This document shows positions 34,951-47,690 of a DNA stretch of 64,000 nt, piece after piece. The stretch covers positions 148,056,001 through 148,120,000 of the forward strand of contig NC_042999.1 of the NCBI RefSeq assembly GCF_006345805.1, written 5' to 3'. Numbering within the stretch: the stretch's first letter is position 1; the number at the start of each line of letters is the position of its first letter. Below the pieces are notes generated by a model. It was not told the origin of the DNA. It did not search any database and saw nothing but the letters and a program-made list of their open reading frames with translations. The DNA is from Octopus sinensis. Lineage: Eukaryota. Made by a program: the position numbers and the translations under genes.

Positions 34951-37610
34951 ATTGTCTTTGCACAGCTTCTAATGCTGGAGATGTACTACGGTGTCTACCA
35001 GTGAACTAAGGTTACACCTCTTATTTTTCGAGCACCTTCTGGATTATTCGAGCGGTTCCAAGCACTGCTGTTTTCTGCAAGTGCTCCATCCTTATTGCGG
35101 CCCCTATTTGTTTCATGCAATTCTCGAAATTTTTACTCATTGTTCCCAGGGCTCCGATAATTATTGGTACTACTGCTATCTTTTCCATTAACCAAAACTG
35201 CTTTCCTCCCACTCTAATCTGTCATACCTATCGACTTTTCTTTCTTGTTGTCAGCTCAGCTGGGCATGCTATATCTATGATCCAGCATAGTTTACTTTAT
35301 TGCTCAATGAAGACTATGTCTGGCTTCTTATTTTCTATCTCATGGTCGCAGTGAATCATAAAATCCCACAGGATCTTTGCATTATCACTTTCGATGATGC
35401 CTTCGGGTTTATGGTCGTACCAGTTTTTTGTTGTTTTTTTTGTTTTTTTTTGCTCTGTCAAAACCATACTTGTTGCAAAGCGTCCAATGGACAAGCCTTG
35501 CTATATTGTCGTGGCGTCTCTTATATTCCTTCTGGGCTAATGGCGTAAATTGGCTGGTAATATGCCATATGGTATCACCATTTTGTCCACAGATTCTGCA
35601 CTTATCACTTTCTGATGTGTTATCTACTCTGTATTTTATGTAGTTTGTTCTTAGTGATTGCTCTTAGGCAGCACAGATTAGAGCCTCTGTTTCCTGTTTT
35701 AAATCACTTTTAGTCCTCCACAGCCATCTTTTTGCTCTGTCTATCTTATCTTCAATATTCCTATGAAAGTGTCCATGCTTTCTTTTCCTTACCCATCTAT
35801 TTTCAGTTTCATTCGTTTTCAATTGCTTTACAGTGCTTTATCTTTGAAGTCTTTCATCCCACACAAGCCTGACATTCTTACTTCTAATAATAGCGGGGTT
35901 CTGTGGCATTTTGTACATATAATGCTATATTGTTTTCTTCAGCTCTAATACTGTGTTCACATATAATAATTCCTCTTCGCCCTCTTTATCTTGGTACATA
36001 TAGTCTTTCTGTGTCACTTTTTGAGTGGAGTGTCCCATATCTAGTTAGCAACTTCCTTGTCTTTCTGTCTAAGCTGTTTAGTTGGTCTACTGTCCATGCG
36101 ATTACCCCTGCTCCATATCTAAAGAGTGAAATCACCTAAGTGTTGATAGCTTCAAGCTTATTCCGTCCGTTTAATATCGAATTAAGGATCAGTCGCAATC
36201 TGCGCAAGTACTCCACCTTAAATTTTTCTGTAATTTCTTTCTCCATCAATTTATCAATTTCCAAAATCCCCAAGTACTTATAGACCATCTCTTCTATCTG
36301 CTTCATAACCTCCCCCGACGGTTTCGATAGCCTGTCCATGCATATGATTTTGCCTCTCTTCAAGACACCACACTTTCTCAGTCCGAACCCCATTCTGATA
36401 TCAACACTGAAGGTATACAGCGTATCAACGAGGGAACTGACTTGGGCTTCATCTTTACCATAAAGTTTGAGGTCATCCATGGCTGACTTTTTGTTGACGT
36501 TTTTTCCTCAGAATCAGTGTTAGTGGTATCAAGCACAGTACAAAGACAGTAGGGAAAGCAGTCCTCTTGGAAGATGCGCCTCCTGATTTCTACAGTCCCT
36601 AAACTTCTTCCGTATGCTGTCAGTTCCGTTCTCCAATTCGCCATACTTTTTCCAAGCAATCACTTCGATAGGATCACATCGTACGCCTTACGATAGTCGA
36701 TCCATGACATGGCTAAGTTACTTTTCCACCTCTTGAAGTCTCTTTTGTCTATCAGGAGTTGATCCTTCGTACCTCTGCACTTACGCTTGCAATCCTTCTG
36801 CTCATGTGGTAGGAATCCATTTTTCCACATGTTCGTACATTGACTCTGTGAGTTTTCCCGTCAATAATTTCCACATAAATGGCAAACAGGATATCGGCCT
36901 GTAATTGGCTACCATATTGCCTTTTTCGATGTTTTTCAAGCACAACACTATCCTACTCAATGCCAACCACTCTGGTGTTACTTGGTCGGCATTTAACAAG
37001 GTGTTAAGTTGCGTAGCTATTCGTGCATGACATTCATCAAATCTTTTGATCCAGTGGCCTTGAACTCTATCTGGTCCCAGGGCCTTCCAGTTGCTCATTT
37101 TTTTGCTGATTTCCTTCACTTTCCTAACTGAGTTCTGCTTCTTTTGGACAGACTACTGTTTGTTTCAGTTCTTGCAACCATTGGGCATCCTTCTTGTGCT
37201 CCTTGTCTTTGCTCCAGATGTCACTCCAAAAACTTTGACTTCCATTGTTATCTCGTATCAACTATTCATTTGTACACTCTCCATTTATTTCTATATATTT
37301 TCTCTTCTGATCTACTCTGAATAACCTATTCTGGTGGTAACCCTTCATTCTTTGGTCGTATCTTACCATCTTTGCTTTCTTTGCAACGAGGTGCTGTTTC
37401 CGTTCTTCAATTACCACTTTCAGGCCCTTTCTTTCAATATTATAGTTCCTTTTCAGCGCCCTGTATTTTTGTTCGCTTTTGAGCTCCTTTCTGTTTTCGG
37501 TCTGACACAGAAATTTCATTCGAGAGCATATCTGACCCTGCCTGTATTCTTCTTTGCCACCGTGGATCTTTTCTTTTGTCACTCTCATTATATTTCTTTA
37601 TCTTGACATC
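34951..37610 (-). mobile_element. R4/Dong-like retrotransposon, degenerate RT + restriction-like endonuclease (D4)
   Basis: NWKALGPDRVQGHWIK, NYRPISCLP, MDDLKLYGK, KILWDFMIHCDH..KKPDIVFIE, VPIIIGALG, QKTAVLGTARIIQKVL. (TAA)n tail at about 34934-34950. Confidence 0.9.
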
Positions 37611-37759
37611 AACACCCACATTTTCTGCTACAATAATATATACTGATATTCACGCGTTGAATATTTGAATTTCTGAATTCAACTGTGTTGTTGCAATAAA
37701 AGTTATGATTACATATTTGGGTACTGAGGGATACGCTTCTTACAAAATTTAATATATTA

Positions 37760-38650
37760 AAGTTTTTAAACTTTTCTTGAGATGTTCGCTTGTCTATCCA
37801 GTTGGAGAATACAGTAGTGATTTTGCAATGAAAGGGATGTTTACATTTTCGAATACTCAGGGAGAAAGGAAAGGATAGGTATTTAAAGTTTTTTTATTTT
37901 AACTGATCGTTTGTGTGTTCAAAAGCTGTAGGTATGTAAGTTTCCTAACTTATTTTGAGGGAGATTTTAAATATTCACAGGAAATTCTAGATATTCCAGT
38001 TTGTGGGGATAGTAGGAGGAAGGGATGTTCACCTTGTGGAATTTTTGAATTTCTAAAGTTCTTTTTTTCTTTTTAAATATTTTGCTGTGAGTTAGTTTTT
38101 GTAGTTGTGCCGTATGTATATATTTAATTTTTACGGGTTTTTTCTCATTTAATTGTGTTGTTACAATAGACGGCATGTTTACATATTCAGGTATTCAAGG
38201 AAAAAGGAAAGATAAAATGTTCACACAAAATTGGAGATATAAAAGTTTCTAAATTTTCTTTAGATGTTCGTTTGTATGCCAGTTCAAAGAAGAGTGTAGT
38301 GTTTTTGCAATAAAAAGGATGTTTACATTTTCAAATACTCGGGGAGAAAGGAAAGGAAGTAAAGAAAGGTAAACTTTTTAGAGAATTGTAGATATTACGG
38401 TTTTAAAATTTACTGCGGATGATCTTTTGTCTGTCCGAACAGAGGAAACTGTAGTGTTCTTGGAATAAAGGGGATGTTTACATTTGCAAATACTCAGAGA
38501 GAAAGGAAAAGATAGGAATTCACGTAAGTTGTAGATATTAACGGTTTTAAAGTTGATCGTCTATGTGTTCGAAAACCGTAGGCATATACGTTTCTTAACT
38601 TATTTTGTGGGAATTTCAAAATACTCACAGGAAATTATAGATATTCCAGT
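37760..38650. repeat. Degenerate tandem array (three to four units of about 160-240 bp)
   Basis: GGATGTTTACATTT..AATACTC.GGGAGAAAGGAAA at about 37835, 38317 and 38471; CACAGGAAATT.TAGATATTCCAGT at about 37976 and 38626. Confidence 0.8.
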
Positions 38651-38651
38651 C

Positions 38652-38652
<1 letters not shown>

Positions 38653-38733
<81 letters not shown>
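38653..38733. repeat. (TTA)n immediately followed by (TAA)n, forming a palindromic microsatellite
   Basis: Direct inspection. Confidence 0.95.
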
Positions 38734-38734
<1 letters not shown>

Positions 38735-39455
38735 CACTCCTTTCTTTATTACTATTAATAATAGTAAGAATACTATATTAATTGTCACGTAAACGATGGT
38801 TCATAGTTATACAATTATTACTTCAGTTAATATTAGTGTTAAACACAGTTAGAAGCATTATCCACATTGTGACTCTAGATATTATGATAATTATTATCCG
38901 AATAATTTGAATGTCGTTATTATTGGTGTTGTTGCTGTTGTTGTTGTTGTTGTTCTGCTTGAGTCAGGATTGGTCTTACACCTGATAGAATTTATGTGTA
39001 TAGCAGCTTACTACTGGTGCCCACCGCACACAAATCATGATTTAGTAATTCTATCACTGCTAGACGCTTCACATTTGCTACAGATAAACATCTGTGCTTT
39101 TAAGCACTATACGTCTATATGAAAAACTTTCTCAGCACAAATTCTGCAGGGTTATGGCTTTCAATAGTATATCCATGTTAAGTAAGATGTACAGAATGCT
39201 ATTCCTCCATTGCAAATAACGAATCTCAATAGATTATGTGCAAATTTCATATTAAATTGCATTCTTAGTATTACACAACACGGAAAATCATATAATAGCG
39301 TAGATTTGACAATTAATCTCTAAGGACGTAATACACAACATTTTCCAAAATAGTTTTAAAGCAAAGTGAGAAATGCCTTTTTAAAGTAGAATTAATGATT
39401 TATATCTGCTCTATATTATGCCCAATCTTTTCCTCAATACATTGATTTATAATTA

Positions 39456-40495
39456 GCTGATGATGCCGCTCTGGTAACACACACAGAAGAAGCCCTCCAA
39501 AGGCTCATTAACTATTTTGAGCAAGCATGTAACGACTTTGGCTTAGCTATCAGCCTTAAGAAGACCAACATCATGGGCCAGGCTACATCGGACATCCCAA
39601 ACATACATATTGGAGACCACAGATTACAAGAGGTGGAGAAGTTTACCTATCTGGGCTCTACCGTCACCTACAACCTATCCCTTGACGCTGAGCTCAATAT
39701 ACGCATTGGCAAGGCAGCTGCTGCGATGGCCCAACTCTCCAAACGGGCTTGGGACAACAATAAGCTGACCAAGACCACGAAAATGAAGATCTACCAGGCA
39801 TGTGTACTCAGCACTCTACTGTATGGAAGCGAGACCTGGACGCTATACACACGCCAAGAGCGTCGCCTAAACATCTTTCACCTGCGCTGCCTCCGAAAAA
39901 TCCTCCGCATCAAATGGCAGAATCATATCCCCAACAAAGATGTCCTCAGGCAAGCAGGAATACCAAGCATGTTTGCACTCCTCACACAAAGACGTATGAG
40001 ATGGCTTGGGCATGTTAGCCGTATGAAAGATGGCAGAATCCCCAAGGACATACTCTACGGAGAGCTTGCTAGGGGTACTAGGTCTGTGGGTAGACCGATC
40101 TTACGTTACATGGATGTTTGCAAAAGGGATATGAAGGCCTGCAACATCAATATTAGCAGTTAGGAGGCAGTCGCCGGCAACCGCGGAGAATGGCGACGTA
40201 CAGTAAAAGAGGGAATACAAAAGAGTGACAGAGAGAGAGAGAGGAGAAATGGAAAGAAAGGAAGAGACGTAAACAAGAGACTATGGCACTACAACCAGCC
40301 AGGAACAGTCTTCGCTACATTTGCGGTACCTGCCAGAGGGAGTGTTTGTCCAGGATAGGACTACACAGCCACAGCAGGAAATGTATCAGGACATGAAATA
40401 TAAAAGCCGGACTAGACTACAAAAAAAAAAAAAAATGCGCAACTCCATTGTCTCCCGAGACAGAAAGGATGCCAATACAATACAATACAATGATA
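39456..40495 (+). mobile_element. RTE (BovB-like) LINE, 5'-truncated at the ADD motif
   Basis: ADDAAL...KFTYLGS...RIGKAAAA...LLYGSETWT...RMRWLGHVSRM..GRIPKDILYGEL...GRP; C-terminal CGTCQRECLSRIGLHSHSRKC; (CAATA)n tail. TAG at 40161. Confidence 0.93.
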
Positions 40496-40920
40496 CATCA
40501 TTCATATATGACAAAGACATTTTTTGTAAAAGGGTTTTATTTCCCTATAAGATAAATGTACCAAAATAGCATGCACCTACTAGAACACTGCAAAATTGAT
40601 GAATACTTTGTTGGTTTGAAATGCTGAATGCAAATTCTATTATGGATCCTTTGGCAACATTGCGATTAAGGCCGAAGTCTGTTTTATTTATATTTAAGTT
40701 CACAAATTTCATTTGAGTACACCTATGATAGGCTAAATCAGGATAGCTTCATGAATGCAACTACTTCAATGCTTTAAAATGATATATCCAAAATTCTGTA
40801 AGTTACCATAACAAGATTCGATTAACTTGAACTTTTATAACAACGCCAGTGAAAGCACATGTGCTACTGCTTTTCTGGCTGGTTGTGACCTTTCATCACT
40901 CATCCATATCAGTATATATA

Positions 40921-41336
40921 TACTCTTTTACTCTTTTACTCTTTTACTTGTTTCAGTCATTTAACTGCGGCCATGCTGGAGCACCGCCTTTAATCGAGCA
41001 ACTCGACCCCGGGACTTATTCTTTTTGTAAACCCAGTACTTATTCTATCGGTCTCTTTTGCCGAACCGCTAAGTAACGGGGACATAAACACACCAGCATC
41101 GGTTGTCAAGCAATGCTAGGGGGACAAACACAGACACACAAACAAACACACATACATATATATACATATATACGACAGGCTTCTTTCAGTTTCCGTCTAC
41201 CAAATCCTCTCACAAGGCATTGGTCGGCCCGGGGCTATAGCAGAAGACACTTGCCCAAGATGCCACGCAGTGGGACTGAACCCGGAACCATGTGGTTGGT
41301 TAGCAAGCTACTTACCACACAGCCACTCCTGCGCCT
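40921..41336 (-). mobile_element. Full-length tRNA-derived SINE (second family)
   Basis: Head GGCGCAGGAGTGGCTGTGTGGTAAG, B-box GGTTCAGTCCC, core GGGCAAGTGTCTTC, internal (TA)/(TG) tract, (AAAAGAGT)3 tail. Confidence 0.92.
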
Positions 41337-42333
41337 ATATATATATACTTTTTATCTTATTTTAAACTTTTTAATACTGTTTGATAGTTATATATATTTA
41401 ATAAATAAAAAATATAAAAAATAAAAAATAAATAAATAAATATTAAAAAAAATTTATAAATATAAATTAATAATTTTAATTTTAAGTTTAAATAATTTAA
41501 ATTTTTAAATTTTATATTTTATATATTTTGTATATTATATTGATTATTTTTATTTTTGTTTTGGTTTATGTTTTTCATTGTTTGATTTGCCTAATAGTGG
41601 TTTTATATCTAATTTAATTTATATATATATATATATATATTTGTTGATAGCGTCAATATGTTTACAATTAGGAGAGAAAACTTTGACTATACCTTAAGGT
41701 TTCCATTGTTTTCTGTGATAAAATATGTAAAGTAGAGACTTTTGCCTGTAGGAGGTTGAACCTTTTTAAATACAAGTTCTGACTTGTCTCCAGGTTTGCC
41801 TTTTGAAGAATCTATATACATATAACCTGAAAGAACAAAAAGATTATTTAAATCGAAAGGCTACTATAAATGTTGTTACAAGGAACATCACGGTTACAAC
41901 ATCAGCAGCAACAACCACAGCACCAACAACGACAACAACAACAACTACCACTAGTAGTATGAAATTCTTGAATTTAGCAAAATGTTAAAATTTGCATATT
42001 ATGTATTTACATATATACACGGATTATACACTGATGAATAAGCTTAATGCTTGTATTGATCTATATAAGATTGTTATCTTGATTCAGACATGTAAATAAT
42101 ATTACTTATTTTGAAATGAAATAAATTTTCTTTGCATATTTCCAGTTGCAAAACAACTGTTGTGATACTTTCAATGGTTAAATATATTTTATTATACGAT
42201 TTCTGTCGTCATTTTTTAACTTTACGCACACTTTACAGTCTTCTCTCGTATCATATTATACATTCTTTGCAGAATGATATATTAAGGATCTTTTTTATTA
42301 GTTGAATCCATATGTTGTGATTTAAATTTACGC

Positions 42334-42400
<67 letters not shown>

Positions 42401-42654
42401 TATACAGAGTTTGCCAAAAGTCACCTGACATTAAATCAAAATTCCATAAATACTTAATATTCAACTGTATTTATTCATTCCAATTATGAATGTTTAAAAG
42501 AAGGACTTCAGTTTGAATAATTTTCATGTTGTTTCATATTTAGATGCTTTTATTAAATACATTCAGTTGTTAAACATAAATAAATCTTGGAATTAAATGG
42601 TTTTCGTTTACTGTCAGGTGACTGTTAGCCAATCCTGTATACATATATATGTAT

Positions 42655-42711
<57 letters not shown>

Positions 42712-43440
42712 GACGGTTTCAGAACGTTCCCCCTACAATCCGAAAACATGCTTGTTTTGGTTCACAAACACTACTGGCTTGGAATACATACATATGGCGA
42801 AACAGTTATCCTGTTGTGGGTTCATATCAAGGAAATATTCAGCAAATAACCTGTGCTGTTCACTCTGATATTGTTTCTGATAAGTGTTTTTCTATGTATA
42901 AGCAATTCAATGACTAAATATCTGAGAGGTAATACTTAATATATAACATTTACATTTTTGTTACGCGGGTTGACAAACTTTTGACTTGAACTTTAGACAA
43001 TGTGGCAGAGTTTGCACAGAATTGAACCCATGATATCTAGTGGTTCCCAACCGATTTTTGGCCATGCCCCACGGAATCATTTCTAAAATCCTTCTAGCCC
43101 CTTATGATATTTAATTTTTGTTATTCAAAATGTTACTACTATTCACTTGGAGGAAACCTAAAAGGCTTGGTCTCTAACAAGCTTCCAAAGAACATGGCAT
43201 TCATGAAAGAGAAAAATATATAAAAAAAAGGAAGGAGAGATAAATAAAAAAAAGTTTCAAAAGTATTGTTGCGGAGGATACCCCCTAGCCAGAGAAGTGG
43301 GCTATTCCACTACAGATAAATAGTTGACAGACATAACGAGTCAGCGAGGCACGCCGTTGGGCCAGTCGGGCCGACGACGAAGTATGTTGTCATGATACCA
43401 CACAAAACAGTGTCAAGCAAGACACGACAAATATATAATA

Positions 43441-43668
43441 TATTTCTTTACTGACCACAAGGGGCTAAACATAGAGGGGACAAACAAGGACAGACAAAGG
43501 GATTAAGTCGATTACATCGACCCCAGTGCGAAACTGGTACTTTATTTATCGACCCCGAAAGGATGAAAGGCAAAGTCGACCTCGGCGGAATTTGAACTCA
43601 GAACGTAACGACAGACGAAATACGGCTACGCATTTTGCCCGGCGTGCTAACGTCTCTGCCAGCTCGCC
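43441..43668 (-). mobile_element. tRNA-derived SINE
   Basis: Same family as 5253-5466; flanked by AAATATA(T/A)AATA (12 bp, 1 mismatch). Confidence 0.92.
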
Positions 43669-43696
43669 ATTTAAATATAAAATAAGGAAACTAAAT

Positions 43697-44575
43697 TTAG
43701 TGAGATTCATGCCTGCTATCGAGAGATTTTATATTAGGCACCAATTTAGTCAGCTTTACTCTCAAGTCTCCTCGTTTGGTGATATCCAGTCGATTTCTGT
43801 TCTTCTATAACAAATCATTTACAGCACTAAAGCCATATTCAGCTAAATATGAAGATGGGAATGGTAACAACAATTTTCTTGTAAAGCTGGCTGAATTTGT
43901 GTATTTGGTTTCTGTCTCATTACAAAGGGATGACCTCACTCCTTTTATATTGAATAAAGTTTTAACCGACTCATCATTTTGCATTTCCATGAGTTCTTCT
44001 TGATACTGTATCGAAAAATCAGATATAACCACTAGCATTGGTTGCACAGCCCATGTTAGAAAAATCAATTTGTTTTAAATCAGAAAATCTTTCATTCAAA
44101 CCAGAAGACATTAATTTCAGATGATCCACAATGACAAGTACAACAACATCGGTTACCTCACATATTCTTAGCCAATGAAACTGGTCAAAAATTTTGTCAG
44201 AAATATTTTTTGGGATACCTCAATGAATGTAACAAAGTCAAATATCTTCGTCTTTGCATCCATAAGAGTTTTATTTGATCCCTGAAGTTGTTTATTTAAC
44301 ATATTCAGTTTTTCAAAGCTATCCGTTAAATAACTCACAAATGCTTTACCATCAATGGTTAGCAGGTGCTTCATTTCAGGCTTGTCACTTAAAAAGTCAC
44401 TAAGAACTTCAAATAGTTCCATAAATCTTTTCAAGCAATTCCCTTTTGAGTGTGGGATAGAAGTCTCACATAGTCTACATTTTCCCAAAACTGGTTGAAA
44501 AGACGCTCACATTTGGCATTAGCTTTGATAATATTGATACATGGCAAACAACAGCTGTAATTGTATTCACCTCAA
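43697..44575 (-). pseudogene. hAT Buster/Charlie-type transposase C-terminal remnant
   Basis: IKANAKCERLF, SKGNCLKRFMEL, FEKLNMLNKQLQG, LLLPFPSSYLAEYGFSAV, RNRLDITKRGDLRVKLT. Confidence 0.88.
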
Positions 44576-47331
44576 CAGACGTCATTGATTGTTGAAATTG
44601 TCGAAATGCAAGAAATTTAACAACAAATAGCTTACAAACTACAGAATTTTCTCAAGAACGCCAAGAGAAAAAGATGTTTTATGTGACACATTCTACCAGT
44701 ATACAAAGTTTAAAAGTATTTAGTTGCAAAGAAATTATTGTTAAAATCTGCCGGTCAAAGTGAAAAGATCCCGAACTTTTTTACTTGCACTACTTGAATC
44801 AAACGCAAAGAGATTTCAGTTCAAGCAAATTTTTTCAACAATTTCTTAAAAAATATTTCATTATAAACTTTCGCAAAATATGCACAAAAAGAAACAAAAA
44901 TATTACGTGAATCTTCTCAGCTGCGAAAGCCTTTCTATCAATGATGGAAGGTTTTTTTTTACCTTTTTGCTGAATTCACAAATTCGATAATTTTTAACTG
45001 GTGCGTATAAAATGACTTGCTAATTTTCATCTCTGATCATATATATACATGTATGTGTGTGTTACCATTACCATAAATCTTCATCTATATGTCTATCTAT
45101 ATATCTGTCTATCTATCTCGGTCTCTCTCTTTTTCTCTCTTTCTCTCTCTTTCTCTCTCTCTCTCTCTACTCCGTTCTCTTCTTTCACTAACGCTACTCC
45201 TTCCACTCTGTTTCAACCCATTCCACAACATTCACTTCTTTCATCCCTCACCCCCAACCCCATCAACACTCTGCAGCACCACATTTTTTTTTGTATACCT
45301 AGATTTTTGTCGCCAGAGATAAAAGAATCAATACTTTTAGACACCTACACACATAAGACTGTCTCTAGTTTATTTCTTCATAGGGAGTTAAGATGGCATT
45401 GCTTTCAGCTCTGACCAGTTCTATAGTACATACACGCATGCACGCACGCACTCGCACATACACGCGCGCACACATGCATTTGTAATTACCTACATGTTTT
45501 CAGATACTGAAATAAATAAATCTATTCCCTCTCTAGTGACATCAGATCTTGTGATGATGAAAAACAACCTGTTGTCTCTAAAGTGTTCAAAATTTCATAA
45601 AATTGTCCACAGATGTGAAGAATTTTTTCTTTTTTTTTAGTAACTCATTCTCGAATTGCCTCCTTTCTCTATTGGTATAGTAAAGATTGTGCACAAGAGG
45701 TATAAGTTCAACATAACCCTATGCATGTCTCACCAAAATGTTACCATGCCCCACTGGTGGACCATGTGCCCCACGTTGGGAATAACATGTTGTTTTGCCA
45801 AAATTTACCAGGTTTAACAATAAACTAGCAGTGAGCACTAGACAGCCTACACAAAACGGTTAATTTGATATTTGATATTTATTACAGACAATATGATGCG
45901 ATATCTATGATGAGTTGTTGGCAAGCTGTAACAACCTATTGTTATGCGTAACAAAATGCAGCTACAACTTTTTAGAGATTTAGCATTTTCTTATAAAATG
46001 GCTTCGATTCGAACATCTTATCTGATCGTCTTCATACAGCCTTACGCTGTGTTCACTCAGCAAGGTTGTTTAGAGAAGATTCTCTAACAATTCACAATCA
46101 CATTTTGTTTCACTCTCACATACGCACTTAGGGTGACAACAACAAAAATATATTTAGCAAACTCACAATCTTTAAACTTTTCTCTCGCTAAAATAAACAA
46201 AAAGAGACTCCAGTAATTCACTTATATAAATATCTAACACGTCCATACTCAAGTCATCCGACTGAATTTTGCTCTCCTCATTTTCAACAGATTTCCGATG
46301 GTCAAGTAACGAGACTATTTGTATTGATTTAAGAATTTATATTTATGTGATTTTAATCTTTCAATGCTTCAATGTTTCATTTGGAGACAACTCAACATTG
46401 TTATCCCATCCACACAACTTTTACATTTATTCTTCTATTTTTTACTTTCTTCGGTCATTTGACTTCAGCCAATAAGTGCTTTGATTTGAAATATTTTACA
46501 ACAGTTCCATTTTATATTACGTCATAATTCTTTTGGTTTTCAATCGTTTGATTTTAAAGTAAGAACATTCATTTTTAATCTGTTAATATTCTTACAAATT
46601 AGATCACTGCCAAGTATATAAAAATTGAATTGTAGAATAATGGATAATGTTAATATATCCATTGATGTAAAATATATTTTTCTAATCCAGCTCTAGCTTA
46701 AAAGTAAAGAAAACCAGTTTGAATTCGTAGTCCCTCTCTATGCACATTACCGGAAATTATTATTATACATTATAAAATAGTGATTTTCCCCACCCGCTAC
46801 ATTTTCCATCTGAATATGTATTGATTGCTGTCAGTTAAAAGATGTAACCTATAATGATTCCGTGGGGTATGTAACTAGCCATTGCCGATCATCAACCTGT
46901 AACGATTTATTAAGTGCAATTTCTTGTACTGATGAGTTTGAAACAAAACACAGGAAAAAATCTGATAAGTTTGCAATTATATTACATAAATATCAGAAAA
47001 CGAGCCTCTTAAGCCACACACTTTACGATTATAATATCTTATATAGATACAGGTCAACTTTTGTTTTTAGAAGTAAGGCATATATAATCAATCCCAAATA
47101 TTTCTGTTATCAACTTCACTCAGGTTCACATCCGAATTTCAGTAGGATTAAATTCTGGTTATCCCATGCTGTTTCTCAGAGAAGAGAGGTGACATTAAGG
47201 AAGAGATGTACAACATACAATGTTCTTTAGAAGTTCATCAACGTTGTAGACAATGGAACTCTTAATATTCACTTAAACACTAGTTAGATAATAGCTTATG
47301 GAATATAAAATTATGATTGTAACTAATTTAC

Positions 47332-47475
47332 CTGAATTTGTATAGGGTATGGAACCAGACCGATAAGGACTATAGGATCGTAGTTGCCATGTATATTCAC
47401 TATTCTCTGGACATTCCACGGTATAATCACAAAGATGTGGTTCTTTAAATTCACAGAAATGATGCGTAATACCAA
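47332..47475 (-). CDS. Host gene exon D: N-terminal part of MAM domain 3
   Basis: Not in the supplied ORF track. Acceptor tttctttcaacag|TT, donor TCAG|gtaaat; 144 nt, phase 1-1. Translates GITHHFCEFKEPHLCDYTVECPENSEYTWQLRSYSPYRSGSIPYTNS. Confidence 0.9.
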
Positions 47476-47511
47476 CTGTTGAAAGAAATTATCAAAATAT
47501 TAGTTTCAAAC

Positions 47512-47690
47512 TTTAGAACAAGGCCAGCAATTTGGAAAATTATATCAACCACAATGTTCAATATTACTTTATGGACCCGAAAGAGATGAAAGGCAGAGTT
47601 GATTTTGAAATTAAAACGTAAATAAAGACGGACGAAATACTGCTAAGCATTTTGCCCGGCTTGCTAATGATTCTGCCAGCTTTCTGCCTT
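47512..47690 (-). mobile_element. Degenerate tRNA-derived SINE just upstream of the exon D acceptor
   Basis: CTGGCAGAATCATTAGCAAGCCGGGCAAAATGCTTAGC head on the minus strand. Confidence 0.75.

Larger units (their letters stand above)
43038..45789. mobile_element. Probable hAT (Charlie/Buster-type) element with degenerate TIRs
   Basis: TAGTGGTTCCCAACC at 43038 and GTTGGGAATAACATG at about 45775. A transposase fragment lies between them. Whether both ends belong to that fragment is uncertain. Confidence 0.55.

Noticed and set aside
37760-38650. Repeat-spacer-like arrangement suggesting a CRISPR array
   Set aside because: Eukaryotic context; units are long and degenerate, the intervening DNA is itself homologous, and no cas genes are present.
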